From an uncultured Clostridium sp. (GTDB taxonomy: Bacteria; Bacillota; Clostridia; Christensenellales; CAG-138), in NCBI GenBank assembly GCA_900542285.1, contig UQNF01000002.1, positions 10,376 through 74,375 of the forward strand: 64,000 bases of DNA. The letters run 5' to 3'. The notes below the pieces were generated by a model, which did no database searches, had not been told where the DNA came from, and worked only from the letters and a program-made list of their open reading frames with translations. How positions within the stretch are numbered: the stretch's first letter is position 1; every line of letters begins with the position of its first letter. Shown piece by piece: positions 27,659 through 37,765 of this stretch. A program made the position numbers and the translations under genes.

Positions 27659-29107
27659 ATGTTTAGGACTCTCTTTTCAAAACTGCTGGTGACGTTCATT
27701 TCGTTGGCGCTGGTGATGCTGCTCACATGCGGCGCGGCAGCGGCACTGATATTTCGTTCGCACTATTTGTGGGAAACGCGGAACGAGCTGAAGGGCGAGC
27801 TGAACGCCATCCACCGCATAGTCGAAGGGGAGTACCTCGACAGCAGGCAGTATGCCGTCGCAATGGAAAAGCTTTATGCGATATCACGGCAGTACGGAGC
27901 ATCCATACACATCATTTTTCAGCGCAACCACCCTATGAACGCGCATGTGGTGGATGCGGAATATGCGGATCGCTGGCAGGGCGACGACATCGCCCTCTAT
28001 GATAAGCTTACGGAGAGGGCGTTGGCTTCGGAGAATACCTTCGACTACGAATACGACCTGCTTGAAAAAGCCACCGGGCTAAGGACGCTCACCATGACAA
28101 GGCTCATCATGACGCAGGACGGCGCAAGGCTCGGAGTCATCGTGATGAGCTATGACATGAGCTCCGTTTACAGCACGCTTGGCAAGCTCTATGTGGACAT
28201 TTTCATTTTTGCGTGTATTGCGCTATTGATTGCGATACCGATAGCATTTATAATAAGTCAGAGGATAACCCGCCCGATAGCGGGCATCAACAGGGCTGTT
28301 ACCGCATTTTCAAGGGGCAGCTATGATACCAGAGCCGAGGTAGAGGGCCGTGACGAGGTCGCTGCGCTTGCCGTCAGCTTCAACCGCATGGCGGACGAGA
28401 TATCGGAGGCGGAGACACAGCGGCGCAACTTTGTCGCCAACGTTTCACACGAGCTGCGCTCCCCCCTTACGAGTATGCACGGCTTCCTTGAGGCTATGTC
28501 GGACGGCACGATACCTATCGAGGAGCACGACAGATACCTGCCCGTGCTGCTGGACGAAACGGAGCGCATGACGAGGCTTGTGAATAATCTGCTGGATCTG
28601 TCGAGGATAGAATCCGGACACGGGGCGCTTACGCTCACCGAATTCGATATCAACGAGCTCATCACCGGCACGCTTCTCACCTTTGAAACGAGGATAAATG
28701 AGAAGGATCCGGAGATAGACGTGCGCCTTGACGGCAGGAACATGGTGCTTGCCGACCCGAACCGCATAGCGCAGGTCGTCAACAACCTGCTCGACAATGC
28801 GATAAGATACCTGCCCGACGAGGGCGGAAGGCTCACGCTGTCCTCCGAAACGAACTCTCAGTTCGTCACCGTTTCGATCGGAAACAACGGCGAGCCGATT
28901 GCGCCGGAGGATATGCCGCATATTTTTGAACGGTTCTACAAGGCCGAAAAGGCGAGGACGCGCACAAAGACGGGCGGCACCGGGCTTGGGCTGGCGATAG
29001 CAAAGCTCATAATCAACGAACACGGCGGCGAGCTTACCGCAGTGAGCGATGAAAAGCAAACGGTATTCAGCTTCAGCGTAAAAAGGGCTCCCAACAGGCG
29101 GAGCTGA
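27659..29107 (+). CDS. sensor histidine kinase (two TM segments, HAMP, HisKA, HATPase)
   Basis: H-box FVANVSHELRSPLTSM, N-box LDNAIRY, G-box GTGLGLAIAK. Two hydrophobic segments flank an extracytoplasmic domain of about 150 aa. Confidence 0.9.
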   Translation: MFRTLFSKLLVTFISLALVMLLTCGAAAALIFRSHYLWETRNELKGELNAIHRIVEGEYLDSRQYAVAMEKLYAISRQYGASIHIIFQRNHPMNAHVVDAEYADRWQGDDIALYDKLTERALASENTFDYEYDLLEKATGLRTLTMTRLIMTQDGARLGVIVMSYDMSSVYSTLGKLYVDIFIFACIALLIAIPIAFIISQRITRPIAGINRAVTAFSRGSYDTRAEVEGRDEVAALAVSFNRMADEISEAETQRRNFVANVSHELRSPLTSMHGFLEAMSDGTIPIEEHDRYLPVLLDETERMTRLVNNLLDLSRIESGHGALTLTEFDINELITGTLLTFETRINEKDPEIDVRLDGRNMVLADPNRIAQVVNNLLDNAIRYLPDEGGRLTLSSETNSQFVTVSIGNNGEPIAPEDMPHIFERFYKAEKARTRTKTGGTGLGLAIAKLIINEHGGELTAVSDEKQTVFSFSVKRAPNRRS

Positions 29108-29176
29108 GAATCAGCGACAGGGATCCGGAGAGTTATCATCGGCTGTTCGGCCGTTTATAAATAACAAGGAGTAATC

Positions 29177-30532
29177 ATGAAAAAAACCGGGAAAAACGGA
29201 AAAGCCGCGGCATTCGATGCCGAAAGCTGGGCGGAATGCAGGCGCCGCATAGAGGAAGAATACACCCCTGGCAGGCAGATCTCCACCACCACGCACACCT
29301 GTGAGGACGGCGTGCTCAAAAGCGAGACCATCATCGTGCATAAGCACAGGTCCAATGGCGGAACCATCGTGCTGACCGCAGTCGTATTCCTGCTTATCGG
29401 CGCATTGATCGCCTCCGGCGTGGTATTTGCCGGGCTGCTCTCACGAGGAACGCTGCTCTTGGGCGAACATTCGTCATCACTCACGCCCTCTCCGCAGCCG
29501 GGAAGCCCGAATAACGGCTCCTCCGTGTCGCTTATCGCCGATGGCAGGTTAACGGAGATTTATGACCGTTCGGTGACCGGAGTCGTGCTCGTCAAAAACT
29601 ATGACAGCGAAAAGATCACCTCCTCACACCTTACCGGCATCGGAGCAGGCTTTTTCTACACCGACGACGGCTTCATACTCACCAACGAGCATGTTGTAAG
29701 GGATGCGGTGACCATCATCGTGGAGCTGTATGACGGGACTACCTATGAGGCGGAGCTTATAGGTAGGGACTCAATGACGGATATTGCGGTTCTCCGCATC
29801 GAGGGCAGCGGCTTCAACGCCCTTCCCATCGGGGATTCGGCAGGCGTAAAGGTCGGCCAGTTCGTCATGACGATAGGCCATCCCACAGGGCAGGAGCTCG
29901 ATTTCACCGCAACCTTCGGCATCGTAGGCTCAGTTGACCGCAATGTCAACGTGAACGGCATCGTCAACAGCTACATCCAGATAGACGCAGCCATCAATCC
30001 CGGCAACAGCGGAGGCCCTCTGTTCGACATGAACGGATATGTTATCGGCATCAACTCCGCAAAGACCGTCGCCGCAGGTTATGATGACGACGGAAAGCCC
30101 ATTTCCGCAGACGGCCTCGGCTTCGCACTCCCGATGAACAGGGTAATGGAGGTCGCGAACGGCATCGTCAAAAACGGCACGAGCGGCCAGCCCGGCATCG
30201 GACTCAGCGTCATAACCATCGAACCTGAACGCGCGGAGCAGTACGGCATTCCGCAGGGCGTTCTCGTCTACAAGGTGGTCAGGGACGGCCCCTGCCACAA
30301 GGCCGGGCTTTACGCCGATGACATCATCACAAAGGTCGACGGAACGGCGATAACCACCTCCGACGAATTCGTTGCTATTGTTCGCGCCCACAGCATCGGC
30401 GACAGCCTGGAGATTGAGTTCTTCCGTGACGGCGAGATAAAGACCTGCACAGTGGTTATCGGGGACTTTACCGAGATCGGCGACGAGGTGCTTGACGGCG
30501 TGTACGGCGGCGCAAAATACGGATTTAACTGA
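29177..30532 (+). CDS. htrA: membrane-anchored HtrA/DegP-type serine protease with PDZ domain
   Basis: Catalytic triad context TNEHVV, DIAVLRI and GNSGGPLF. C-terminal PDZ domain. N-terminal TM anchor VVFLLIGALIASGVVFAGLL. Confidence 0.85.
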   Translation: MKKTGKNGKAAAFDAESWAECRRRIEEEYTPGRQISTTTHTCEDGVLKSETIIVHKHRSNGGTIVLTAVVFLLIGALIASGVVFAGLLSRGTLLLGEHSSSLTPSPQPGSPNNGSSVSLIADGRLTEIYDRSVTGVVLVKNYDSEKITSSHLTGIGAGFFYTDDGFILTNEHVVRDAVTIIVELYDGTTYEAELIGRDSMTDIAVLRIEGSGFNALPIGDSAGVKVGQFVMTIGHPTGQELDFTATFGIVGSVDRNVNVNGIVNSYIQIDAAINPGNSGGPLFDMNGYVIGINSAKTVAAGYDDDGKPISADGLGFALPMNRVMEVANGIVKNGTSGQPGIGLSVITIEPERAEQYGIPQGVLVYKVVRDGPCHKAGLYADDIITKVDGTAITTSDEFVAIVRAHSIGDSLEIEFFRDGEIKTCTVVIGDFTEIGDEVLDGVYGGAKYGFN

Positions 30533-30616
30533 CGCAGCCCTTATGCCGAAAGCAGCATTTTGATTTCTCATATTTGAACGCAATACGCCGGATTTGTATT
30601 TTCCGGAAAGTTTTGT

Positions 30617-30650
30617 CTCCGTATGCCTTTACATGCGGAGGCATTTTTTT
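30617..30650 (+). terminator. rho-independent terminator after htrA
   Basis: 9-bp stem 30617-30625 / 30632-30640 (one G-U pair), followed by GCATTTTTTT. Confidence 0.55.
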
Positions 30651-30896
30651 CGCTGCATGGCAGACAATCGGTTTTCAAGGCGAAGTGAAGTCATGCTTCG
30701 TCGGAAACCATAAAGAAGCTGAAATACCGTAAAGGTGCAAACATATCCGTGCTTGATATCGGGCTTTATGTCGTACTTTTGGGCAGGATACGGCCCCCTC
30801 CGGGTCTTTCATTCTCCGTCAAAATTAAATACAAAAAATTATATTGTTATCGGCCCGTTTTTCCTTGCAATAGATGAATTATACACTTAATTGCTG

Positions 30897-30925
30897 TTGA
30901 CTTTTTATTTCTATGCTATTATAAT
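30897..30925 (+). promoter_or_regulatory. consensus-like sigma-70 promoter upstream of nfnA (TTGACT-N17-TATAAT)
   Basis: TTGACT at 30897-30902 and TATAAT at 30920-30925 with an exact 17-nt spacer, leaving a leader of about 160 nt. Confidence 0.5.
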
Positions 30926-31093
30926 GAATCCGAACGGCAATTAAGGGATTTTTTGCTGTGTTTCTGCATGAAACGAATGTTTTTTGCCGAAGCGCGCGGA
31001 GGTTTCCTAAATTGAACGGGTCTATCCGCAAATCATGATCCTGCCGTACGGCATGGTCTAAGCGATTTTTTTGAAAGGAATTGCAAAACAAAA

Positions 31094-31948
31094 ATGTACA
31101 AAATCGTAGCAAAGAAAGAACTCAACCCCACCGTAACGATGATGGACATTGAAGCTCCCCTCGTTGCGGCAAAGGCCGAGCCCGGTCAGTTCATCATCCT
31201 GCGCGTTGATGCTGACGGCGAGCGTATCCCCCTTACCATCGCTCACTATGACCGCGAGGCAGGCACCGTAAGGATCATTTTCCAGGTTGTCGGCGCAACT
31301 ACCGAAAAGCTCAACCACAAGCAGGTCGGCGAGTACATTCAGGACTTCGTCGGTCCCCTCGGCGTTGCCACCCATCTTGAGGGTCTCAAGAACGTCTGCA
31401 TCGTCGGCGGCGGCGTCGGCTGCGCTATCGCTCTTCCCATCGCACAGAAGCTGCATGAGATGGGCTGCAAGGTGACCAGCGTTATCGGATTCCGCACCAA
31501 GGATCTGCTCATCCTCGAGGACGAGTTCAAAGCCTGCTCCGACAAGCTCTATGTCATGACCGACGACGGCTCCTACGGCAGGCACGGCAATGTCTGCGTT
31601 CCCCTCAACGAGATGTTCGCAGAGGGACAGACCTTTGACGAAGTTATCACCATCGGTCCGTTGATCATGATGAAGTTCGTCGTTGCCGCAACCAAGCCCA
31701 CCGGGATCCCCTGCACCGTTTCCATGAACCCCATCATGATCGACGGTACCGGAATGTGCGGCGGCTGCCGTCTTACCCTCAACAGGGACGGCGAAAGGAT
31801 CACCAAGTTCGCCTGCGTTGACGGCCCCGATTTCAACGGCTACGAAGTTGACTTTGACGAAGCAATGTCCAGAGGCACCATGTACTTCGGTTTCGAGCGT
31901 CACGCTCACGAGGAAGCATGCAACCTGTTCAAGAAGGAGGTAAAGTAA
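31094..31948 (+). CDS. nfnA: NADH-dependent ferredoxin:NADP oxidoreductase small subunit (NfnA-like)
   Basis: FAD/NAD-binding ferredoxin-reductase fold (GQFIILRV..GERIPLTIA, VGGGVGCA) and C-terminal 2Fe-2S cysteines GTGMCGGCR. Confidence 0.8.
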   Translation: MYKIVAKKELNPTVTMMDIEAPLVAAKAEPGQFIILRVDADGERIPLTIAHYDREAGTVRIIFQVVGATTEKLNHKQVGEYIQDFVGPLGVATHLEGLKNVCIVGGGVGCAIALPIAQKLHEMGCKVTSVIGFRTKDLLILEDEFKACSDKLYVMTDDGSYGRHGNVCVPLNEMFAEGQTFDEVITIGPLIMMKFVVAATKPTGIPCTVSMNPIMIDGTGMCGGCRLTLNRDGERITKFACVDGPDFNGYEVDFDEAMSRGTMYFGFERHAHEEACNLFKKEVK

Positions 31949-31949
31949 T

Positions 31950-33365
31950 ATGCCTAACATGAGCCCCAAAAAGAACCCCATGCCCAGCCAGGACCCCAAG
32001 GTCAGGGCGCATAATTTTGATGAAGTTGCTATCGGCTATACCGAGGAGATGGCGCTTGACGAGGCGCTGCGCTGCCTCAACTGCAAGAATATGCCCTGCT
32101 CCAACGGCTGCCCCGTTAACATCCATATCCCCGAATTCATCTCCAAGATCAAGGAAGGTGATTTCGAGGGCGCTTATCAGGTGATCAGCAAGACCTCATC
32201 CCTCCCCGCAGTCTGCGGCAGGGTATGCCCCCAGGAATCCCAGTGCGAATCCAAGTGCGTTCGCGGCATCAAGGGCGAACCCGTCGGCATCGGCAGGCTT
32301 GAAAGATTCGTTGCCGACTGGCACAATGCCCACAGCACCGAAGCTCCCGAAGTCGCTCCCTCCAACGGCCACCGCGTTGCCATCGTAGGATCCGGCCCCT
32401 CCGGCCTCACCTGCGCAGGCGACCTCGCCAAGAAGGGCTACAAGGTCACCGTTTATGAAGCTCTCCATACCGCAGGCGGCGTTCTCGTCTATGGTATTCC
32501 CGAATTCCGTCTTCCCAAGAGGATAGTTCAGAAGGAAGTCGACAACCTCATCGCCATGGGCGTTGACGTTGAGACCAACATCGTCATCGGCAAGACCCTC
32601 ACCATCGACGAGCTGTTCGAGCAGGGCTTTGAGGCCGTATTCGTCGGCTCCGGCGCAGGCCTTCCCAACTTCATGAACATCCCCGGCGAGGCATACAAGG
32701 GCGTTTACTCCGCCAACGAATTCCTCACCCGCTCCAACCTCATGAAGGCATATCTCGATGACCCCGTGACCCCCATCATGAAGGGCGGCAATGTGGCAGT
32801 CGTCGGCGGCGGCAACGTTGCTATGGACGCCGCAAGGACCGCGCTCCGTCTCGGCGCAGAGCATGTTTACATCGTCTACCGCCGCTCCCTCGAAGAGCTT
32901 CCCGCAAGGAAGGAAGAGGTTGAGCACGCAATGGAGGAAGGCGTTGACTTCCGTCTTCTCAACAACCCCGTTGAGATCCTCGGCTACCACAATCCCGACG
33001 ACAGGCGCGACCCGAAGAACGGCTGCGTAGTCGGCATGAAGTGCATCCGCATGGAGCTTGGCGAGCCTGACGAAAAGGGCCGCCGCCGTCCCATCCCCGT
33101 TGAGGGCAGCGAGTTCGTTCTCGATGTCGATACCGTCGTAATCGCTATCGGCACCAGCCCCAACCCCCTAATCAAGTCCACCACCAAGGGCCTTGACGTC
33201 AACAAGAAGGGCGGCATCATCGTTGAAGAGGGTACCGGAAAGACCAGCCGAGAAGGCGTTTATGCCGGCGGCGACGCGGTTACCGGCGCAGCTACCGTTA
33301 TCTCCGCCATGGGCGCAGGCAAGGCAGCGGCAAAGGCTATCGACGAGTATCTTTCCGACAAATAA
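31950..33365 (+). CDS. nfnB: NfnB / GltD-like NADPH-dependent oxidoreductase subunit
   Basis: N-terminal 4Fe-4S cysteines (CLNCKNMPCSNGCPV), Rossmann motifs VAIVGSGPSGLTCAGDLAKKGY and VAVVGGGNVAMD, plus GGDAVTGAATV. Confidence 0.85.
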   Translation: MPNMSPKKNPMPSQDPKVRAHNFDEVAIGYTEEMALDEALRCLNCKNMPCSNGCPVNIHIPEFISKIKEGDFEGAYQVISKTSSLPAVCGRVCPQESQCESKCVRGIKGEPVGIGRLERFVADWHNAHSTEAPEVAPSNGHRVAIVGSGPSGLTCAGDLAKKGYKVTVYEALHTAGGVLVYGIPEFRLPKRIVQKEVDNLIAMGVDVETNIVIGKTLTIDELFEQGFEAVFVGSGAGLPNFMNIPGEAYKGVYSANEFLTRSNLMKAYLDDPVTPIMKGGNVAVVGGGNVAMDAARTALRLGAEHVYIVYRRSLEELPARKEEVEHAMEEGVDFRLLNNPVEILGYHNPDDRRDPKNGCVVGMKCIRMELGEPDEKGRRRPIPVEGSEFVLDVDTVVIAIGTSPNPLIKSTTKGLDVNKKGGIIVEEGTGKTSREGVYAGGDAVTGAATVISAMGAGKAAAKAIDEYLSDK

Positions 33366-33517
33366 TCCTGCTTCGATTTGAATATAGGTATTGTTTTGCA
33401 GACTAACTCTCTGCCGAGCAGCTTGAATTAAGCTATGGGCTCGGTGGGTTTGACCTGCCGGGCTCAGCTTTTTAGAGGGTGCTGCATGTAATAATCAATA
33501 TAATAAGGAGATAAACA

Positions 33518-34003
33518 ATGGAACAAAAGTTTGACTACGGTACGATCGATGAGATCCTCAAGAATCATGATTACAGTGAGACCATGATCGTTACCATCCT
33601 CCAGGAAGTCCAGGCGCATTTTGGATACCTCCCCAAGGAAGCGTTCCCCTATCTCGCCCAGGAGCTGAAGGTAAGCGAAGCAATGCTTTACGGCGTTGCG
33701 ACCTTCTATGAGAACTTCTCTCTCGAGCCCAAGGGCAAGTGCGTCATCCGCGTATGCGACGGTACCGCCTGCCATGTACGCCATTCCACCGACGTGCTCA
33801 AATTCCTCCGCGAGGAACTGAACCTCCCCGAGGGCAGAACGACCACCGACGATGGTCTCTTCACCGTTGAGATCGTTTCCTGCCTCGGCGCATGCGGTCT
33901 TGCTCCCGCTATGACCGTAAACGGCAAGGTATACCCCGCCATGACCAAGGAAAAGGCAGCTGAAATCATCAAAGCTATCAAGGAGGAAGAAGCTAATGCT
34001 TAA
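33518..34003 (+). CDS. hydC: [FeFe]-hydrogenase NuoE-like 2Fe-2S subunit (HydC/HndA type)
   Basis: Thioredoxin-like 2Fe-2S ligands VCDGTACHV....SCLGACGLAPAM. Confidence 0.85.
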   Translation: MEQKFDYGTIDEILKNHDYSETMIVTILQEVQAHFGYLPKEAFPYLAQELKVSEAMLYGVATFYENFSLEPKGKCVIRVCDGTACHVRHSTDVLKFLREELNLPEGRTTTDDGLFTVEIVSCLGACGLAPAMTVNGKVYPAMTKEKAAEIIKAIKEEEANA

Positions 34004-35888
34004 GTTCAATAATCGTCAGGAGCTCGACCTCGCGCGTCTTGCTTATCAGAACGCAATGGCAGCAGAAACCCGCCGCATCCTCGTTTGCGGTGAGACCGGC
34101 TGCGTTTCCATCGGCTCGCTCGACGTGTTCGAAGAGCTGAAGAGGATAATGGAGGAGAGGAACATTCCCGTATCCGTGGAGATCTCCGAAGACCCCGAAA
34201 ACATCGGCAAGGAAAAGGTCGGACTCAAGAAGTGCTCCTGCCACGGCATCTGCGAGCGCGGTCCCCTCATCAGGATCGAGCCCGAGGGCTGGCTGTATAC
34301 CAAGGTTCAGGTCAGCGACTGTGAAGAGATAGTCGAAAAGACCATCCTCAAGGGCGAGATAATCGAAAGGCTGCTGTTCACCCAGGACGGCGAGACCTAT
34401 GCACGCCGTGACGACATCCCCTTCTTCAAGAAGCAGAAGATGGTCGTTCGTGAGCTTGCCGGCAAGATGGACTCCACCTCCATCAAGGAGTACATCGCCA
34501 ACGGCGGTTACATCGCATTTGAAAAGGCGCTGTTCGATATGACCGGCGACGAGATCGTCAACGAGATTACCGAGTCCAACCTTAGGGGCAGGGGCGGCGG
34601 AGGATTCCCCACCGGCAAGAAGTGGAGCCAGGTACGCCGTCAGAAGGAACTGCCCAAGTACGTCGTATGCAACGGCGACGAGGGTGACCCCGGCGCATTC
34701 ATGGACCGCTCCGTCATGGAGGGCGACCCCCATCGTATGCTCGAAGGCATGATGATCGCAGGTATTGCCACCGGCGCAGAATACGGCTACATCTACGTTC
34801 GTGCAGAATACCCCCTTGCCGTCGCAAGGCTCCGCAACGCTATCGCACAGGCTGAGGAAGCAGGCCTTCTCGGCGAGCATATCCTCGGCTCCGATTTCAA
34901 TTTCACCATCCGCATCAACTGCGGCGCAGGCGCATTCGTCTGCGGCGAAGGCTCTGCGCTTACCGCCTCCATCGAGGGTAAGCGCGGTATGCCCCGTACC
35001 AAGCCCCCCCGCACCGTAGAACACGGTTTGTTTGAGAAGCCCACCGTTCTCAACAACGTTGAGACCTATGCCAACGTTTCCTCCATCATCAACAGGGGCG
35101 CGCAGTGGTACAGGTCCATCGGAAGGGACGAGGGAAGCCCCGGCACGAAGATCTTCGCGCTCACCGGCAACATCGCCAACACCGGACTTATCGAGGTCCC
35201 CATGGGCACCACCCTCCGCGAGATCATCTATGACATCGGCGGCGGCATCCGCGGCGGCGGCAACTTTAAGGCCGTTCAGATCGGCGGACCTTCCGGCGGC
35301 TGTCTGACCACTGCCAATATGGACACCCCCCTTGATTTCGACTCCCTCAAGAAGGTTGGCGCAATGATCGGCTCCGGCGGTCTGGTCGTTATGGACGATA
35401 AGACCTGCATGGTAGAGGTTGCAAGGTTCTTCATGAACTTCACCCAGAGCGAATCCTGCGGCAAGTGCACCCCCTGCCGCGAGGGCACCAAGCGTATGCT
35501 TGAGATCCTTGAGCGCATCGTTGCGGGCAAAGGCCGTGAAGGCGATATCGAGCTGCTGCTCGAGCTTGCCGACACCATATCCTCGACCGCTCTGTGCGGC
35601 CTCGGCAAATCCGCTCCCAACCCCGTCGTAAGCACCATCAAGAACTTCCGCGAAGAGTATGAGGAGCATATCAGGGATAAGCACTGCGCAACCAAGACCT
35701 GCCACAAGCTCAGGAAGATCGTTATCGATCCCGAAGTCTGCCGCGGCTGCTCCAAGTGCGCAAGACAGTGCCCCGTATCCGCGATCAGCGGCGAGATCAA
35801 GAAGCCCTTCAGTATCGACAGCGAAAAGTGCATCCGCTGCGGCGCCTGCATCGAGACTTGTCCGTTCCACGCAATCAGGGAGGAATAA
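33996..35888 (+). CDS. hydB: [FeFe]-hydrogenase NuoF-like flavoprotein subunit (HydB/HndC type)
   Basis: GRGGGGFPTGKKW (FMN/NADH site), ESCGKCTPCREG, and a C-terminal 2x[4Fe-4S] domain (CRGCSKCARQCP, CIRCGACIETCP). Overlaps hydC by 8 nt. Confidence 0.9.
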   Translation: MLKFNNRQELDLARLAYQNAMAAETRRILVCGETGCVSIGSLDVFEELKRIMEERNIPVSVEISEDPENIGKEKVGLKKCSCHGICERGPLIRIEPEGWLYTKVQVSDCEEIVEKTILKGEIIERLLFTQDGETYARRDDIPFFKKQKMVVRELAGKMDSTSIKEYIANGGYIAFEKALFDMTGDEIVNEITESNLRGRGGGGFPTGKKWSQVRRQKELPKYVVCNGDEGDPGAFMDRSVMEGDPHRMLEGMMIAGIATGAEYGYIYVRAEYPLAVARLRNAIAQAEEAGLLGEHILGSDFNFTIRINCGAGAFVCGEGSALTASIEGKRGMPRTKPPRTVEHGLFEKPTVLNNVETYANVSSIINRGAQWYRSIGRDEGSPGTKIFALTGNIANTGLIEVPMGTTLREIIYDIGGGIRGGGNFKAVQIGGPSGGCLTTANMDTPLDFDSLKKVGAMIGSGGLVVMDDKTCMVEVARFFMNFTQSESCGKCTPCREGTKRMLEILERIVAGKGREGDIELLLELADTISSTALCGLGKSAPNPVVSTIKNFREEYEEHIRDKHCATKTCHKLRKIVIDPEVCRGCSKCARQCPVSAISGEIKKPFSIDSEKCIRCGACIETCPFHAIREE

Positions 35889-35891
35889 TCA

Positions 35892-37583
35892 ATGGAAAAG
35901 CAATTCATGACAATCGACGGTATTCGTGTTGAGCTCAACGGCGAAAAGACCGTTCTTCAAGTAATCCGCAAGGCCGGCATCGATATGCCCACCCTTTGCT
36001 ATCACCCCGACCTCTCCATCTACGGCGCATGCCGCCTGTGCATGTTTGAGAACGAGCGCGGCGGTCTTGACGCTGCCTGCTCCGCTCAGCCCCGTGACGG
36101 TATGGTCATCTACACCAACACCGCAAGGCTCCGCAAGTATCGCAGGAACATCATTGAGCTGCTGCTTGCAAACCACTGCGTTGAGTGCCCAACCTGCCCC
36201 AAGAGCGGCAGCTGCAAGCTCCAGGAGCTGGCAGAGCGTTACGGCGTTACCAATGTACGTTTCCCCAACACCTCCAAGGACAAGAGGGACTATTCCTCCG
36301 TCAGCATCGCCCGCGACGCCAGCAAGTGCGTCCTCTGCGGCAAGTGTGTAAGGATGTGCAACGAGGTTCAGGCCGTCGGTGCCATCCACTATGCATACCG
36401 CGGATCCCATATGCTCATCAGCACCTCCTTCGAAAAGCCCATCGCTGATACCTCCTGCGTCGGCTGCGGTCAGTGCGCGGCAGTCTGCCCCGTAGGCGCG
36501 ATCACCATCAAGCAGGATATCAACAAGATCTGGGACGCTATCGCCGACAAGAACACCTTTGTCACCGCTCAGATCGCTCCCGCAGTCCGCGTTGCGTTCG
36601 GCAAAGAGCTCGGCATGGCCGAGGGTACCGATGTCATGGGCAAGATCGTTGCTGCGCTGCATAGGATCGGCGTAGACAGGGTCTATGACACCTCCGTCAG
36701 CGCAGACCTTACCATCATGGAAGAGTCCGCAGAATTTCTCGAGTTCCACGCAAGGAACCTTGGAATGCCCATGTTTACCTCCTGCTGCCCCGGCTGGATC
36801 CGCTTTGTTGAAACAAAGTATCCCGAGATTATGCCCTATGTCTCCACCTGCCGTTCGCCCATGCACATGCTGTCCTCCGTCATCATCGAGAGCGAGAAGG
36901 ACAACGGCATGAACAACTTCAACTTTGCCGTAATGCCCTGCACCGCCAAGAAGTTCGAGGCAGACCGCGAGGAGTTCAAGCATGACGGCAAGCCCGAGGT
37001 CGATGCCGTTCTCACCACCCAGGAGCTTATCCGCATGATAAAGACCGCAGGCATTGACTTCGAAAACATCGCACCCGAGGCTGTCGATGCACCCTTCGGT
37101 ATGTTCTCCGGCGGCGGCGTTATCTTCGGCGCAACCGGCGGCGTTACCGAGGCAGTCCTCCGCCGCGTATCCACCGAAAAGACCCATGACGCCATCACCG
37201 CCATCGGCAACTGCGGCGTCCGCGGTCTTGAAGGCATCAAGGAGTTCAGCGTTCCCTTCGGCGAGGGCGAGCTTCGCATTGCAGTCGCAAGCGGCCTTGC
37301 AAACGCAGGCAAGCTCATCGAGAAGCTTCTTGCCAAGGAGGTCAGCTATGATTTCGTTGAGATCATGGCATGCCCCGGCGGCTGCGTAAACGGCGGCGGT
37401 CAGCCCGTTCCCGGCGACGCCTCCAGGCAGACCCGTGCCGACGGTCTCTACTCCTCCGACCGCACCAACACCATCAAGAGCTGTGATACCAACCCCCTCA
37501 TCGAGCGCATCTATGCCGACTTCGTCAAGGGCAGGAATCATGAGCTGTTCCATGTTCACTATCCCGCTCACCATGCGGAGTAA
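35892..37583 (+). CDS. hydA: [FeFe]-hydrogenase catalytic subunit
   Basis: H-cluster motifs TSCCPGW, MPCTAKKFE and EIMACPGGCVNGGGQP, with N-terminal 2Fe-2S and 4Fe-4S domains. Confidence 0.9.
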   Translation: MEKQFMTIDGIRVELNGEKTVLQVIRKAGIDMPTLCYHPDLSIYGACRLCMFENERGGLDAACSAQPRDGMVIYTNTARLRKYRRNIIELLLANHCVECPTCPKSGSCKLQELAERYGVTNVRFPNTSKDKRDYSSVSIARDASKCVLCGKCVRMCNEVQAVGAIHYAYRGSHMLISTSFEKPIADTSCVGCGQCAAVCPVGAITIKQDINKIWDAIADKNTFVTAQIAPAVRVAFGKELGMAEGTDVMGKIVAALHRIGVDRVYDTSVSADLTIMEESAEFLEFHARNLGMPMFTSCCPGWIRFVETKYPEIMPYVSTCRSPMHMLSSVIIESEKDNGMNNFNFAVMPCTAKKFEADREEFKHDGKPEVDAVLTTQELIRMIKTAGIDFENIAPEAVDAPFGMFSGGGVIFGATGGVTEAVLRRVSTEKTHDAITAIGNCGVRGLEGIKEFSVPFGEGELRIAVASGLANAGKLIEKLLAKEVSYDFVEIMACPGGCVNGGGQPVPGDASRQTRADGLYSSDRTNTIKSCDTNPLIERIYADFVKGRNHELFHVHYPAHHAE

Positions 37584-37657
37584 TTGAACCGAATAACACG
37601 CATATGCCGCAGCGACCGCTGAATGCAGCGCACGCATACAGGCATAGAGAGTGAATA

Positions 37658-37697
37658 ATGCCCGGGACTCTGTTGGGTTCCGGGCATGGTTTTGCTT
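37658..37697. terminator. hairpin terminator between convergent hydA and the giant helicase gene
   Basis: ATGCCCGG...CCGGGCAT stem (37658-37687), followed by GGTTTTGCTT on the plus strand. Could act for both convergent genes. Confidence 0.5.
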
Positions 37698-37765
37698 ATG
37701 GGTTGTTATGACGATTAATTCTAATGCTGAAAGAGTGCGCCGCATAAATAGGAGCATTTGCGGTC

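Noticed and set aside
33993-37757. Two very long minus-strand ORFs (625 and 622 aa) lying antisense to hydB and hydA.
   Set aside because: They mirror strongly recognisable plus-strand genes with clear cofactor motifs. Their translations are low-complexity (A/G/D/L-rich) with no motif, which is the usual stop-poor antisense frame of GC-rich coding DNA.
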